A stretch of 64,000 bases of DNA from Lytechinus pictus (lineage: Eukaryota), in contig NC_087252.1 in NCBI RefSeq assembly GCF_037042905.1, forward strand, positions 17,546,001 to 17,610,000, written 5' to 3'. Positions 62,401-64,000 of the stretch are shown in pieces. Each line of letters starts with the position of its first letter. Positions within the stretch are counted from its first letter, which is position 1. Made by a program: the position numbers and the translations under genes. Below the pieces are notes generated by a model. That model did no database searches. It was not told the DNA's origin and saw nothing but the letters and a program-made list of their open reading frames with translations.

Positions 62401-64000
62401 GAATGATTATTTATGAGCTGTAAAAAAAATCATTATGTTGGAATTTGAGGTAACTCAAGGCGGCAAACGTTGCATTGGAGGAATTCATTATTTACTCGAA
62501 ATATATTGCTAAGGACGATGGGTAATTATTGATTGTTAAAGTGATACATAAAGGATTCAACTAACAAATGTGTGCATTTTAAAAATGTTATAAAAGATTG
62601 ATCCGTGTCGTTTTTTAAATGAATCATAATACATATCGCCTCTGTTTTAAGAAGAGCAGCTATCTGATATGCCGCGCTCTTTTCCAACGCTAGAATAAGG
62701 TTAATTCAAACAGGCTAGAAATAATACAGAGTATATCTCATTATTTGAGTGACGATATTATTATTTGAGTGTATATAGATAGGAAATGTACCTTAAATGT
62801 ATTACCAAAATCAGATATCAATGACGCCTTGTTTATATATAAACTTGTAAAAAGTAATAATCTAGCTACCTGGTGTAACTCTGTGTAACCTATCCAAATT
62901 CGACGAGGTATTAGGTAACTGAAAAAGAAAGGTGATGTGTGAAAGAAGATTACTTTCATCTTCATGCATTTTAAATGATGATAAATTCGATTATCTATGC
63001 AAGTCGCTGATATACAGAATACAAAACAGAGGGGAAAGAATGGAGCCCTGCAGGGTTCCACAGTTTGTATTTCCCAGTACTTGCACGTGATTTGTTTACT
63101 TGCACACTTAGGTTTCTATTCCACTTTTTTCTTAGATAATAAATCGTTTGTTCCTTCTGAGAAACTTAGCATTCGCATTCATTTACAAAGTGTAGCTGGA
63201 ACAAAAGATGAGGATTGATTATCTAGTTTGTCGTAGTGATGTTAGGTCAAGATGCTGAACGTGCGTGATGTTCAGAGCTATGTGGATGGTGGACATGAAA
63301 ATGGTTCTGATAATTGTGATATTAGAGACGGTGTTTATAATGGGGACCATGCTGAGGGACTCGATGGCAAGAGTTGAACACTGCTAAAACGCTGGTGTTA
63401 TTGTAACACCTTCCTGGTATCTATGTCGGTCCACACCAGAGAGGTGTTGAAACAACACCGTTTTGGCGTTAGGCTAACACCAATTTAGCATTTAAGCAAC
63501 ACCAATTAGTGTTTGATTCTGAACTGGTGTACGTTGCTTCAACGCTTCTCTGCTGTGGTCCGATATAGATACCGGGCTGGTGTTTAATCAACATAGGTGT
63601 TTTTGCAGTGTAGTAATGGTGGTAATGATAATAAGTATAAAGATAATAGTGGTAGTGTCGATAGTCGTGGTGATGACGAAAGCAATGGTGGTGATTGGGG
63701 TGATAGTGAGGATGATGGTAATGGTGATAATGTAGATGATAATGAAATGGTTCTGATGTTGATGATGGTAATGATGGTGATGGAGGTGATTGAAAAGATG
63801 GTGGTGATGCTGCTGATGGTAATGATGGTGATGGAGATGACAGAAAAGATGGTGACAATGTTGATGATGGTAATGATGATGATGAAGATGACAGTGACGA
63901 TGGTGGTGATGATGGAGATGATAATTAAAATCATGGTGATATTGATGATGGTATCATTGCGATGGAGCTGATCGAGGATATGGTGATAATGTTACTTATA

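Larger units (their letters stand above)
56892..64000 (+). repeat. Segmental duplication unit, copy B (runs off the window end)
   Basis: Collinear with 15399-22990. Confidence 0.92.

Noticed and set aside
63469-63971. His-, Met- or Ile-rich ORFs here and at 22711-23091, 24822-25223, 44047-44391 and 45537-45956
   Set aside because: Translations of trinucleotide or purine-rich low-complexity tracts.

Overview
AT-rich, repeat-dense animal genomic DNA. The repeat families and gene type suggest a marine invertebrate, probably a sea urchin (inference). The only clear host genes are two TRIM paralogues with uninterrupted coding sequences (RING, two B-boxes, coiled coil, NHL-like propeller) at 15399-17300 and 56892-58763; they head a duplicated block of at least 7 kb whose copies lie ~41.5 kb apart. 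Most of the rest is nested mobile DNA. (i) A near-intact BEL/Pao LTR retrotransposon (3794-12299, minus strand, ~1.47-kb LTRs) sits in an old CR1/L2-group LINE and is flanked by a 356-bp direct duplication instead of a 5-6-bp TSD. (ii) A 5.3-kb Polinton/Maverick-like element (28742-34068) has a 6-bp TSD (AATGGA), AG...CT ends and ~2.1-kb inverted arms enclosing one intact C2H2 zinc-finger gene, with no polymerase, integrase or capsid gene; this is the best candidate for an unusual system. (iii) A decayed Crypton-type tyrosine recombinase gene is interrupted by two back-to-back spacerless palindromes around a duplicated TA. (iv) A full-length L2/CR1-group LINE with an SGNH-esterase ORF1 is inserted in a MITE. 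There are also many MITEs, tRNA-derived SINEs and a Penelope-like scrap with a hammerhead-ribozyme-like core. All alignments and counts were done by eye, and family assignments rest on motif recognition, not database searches.
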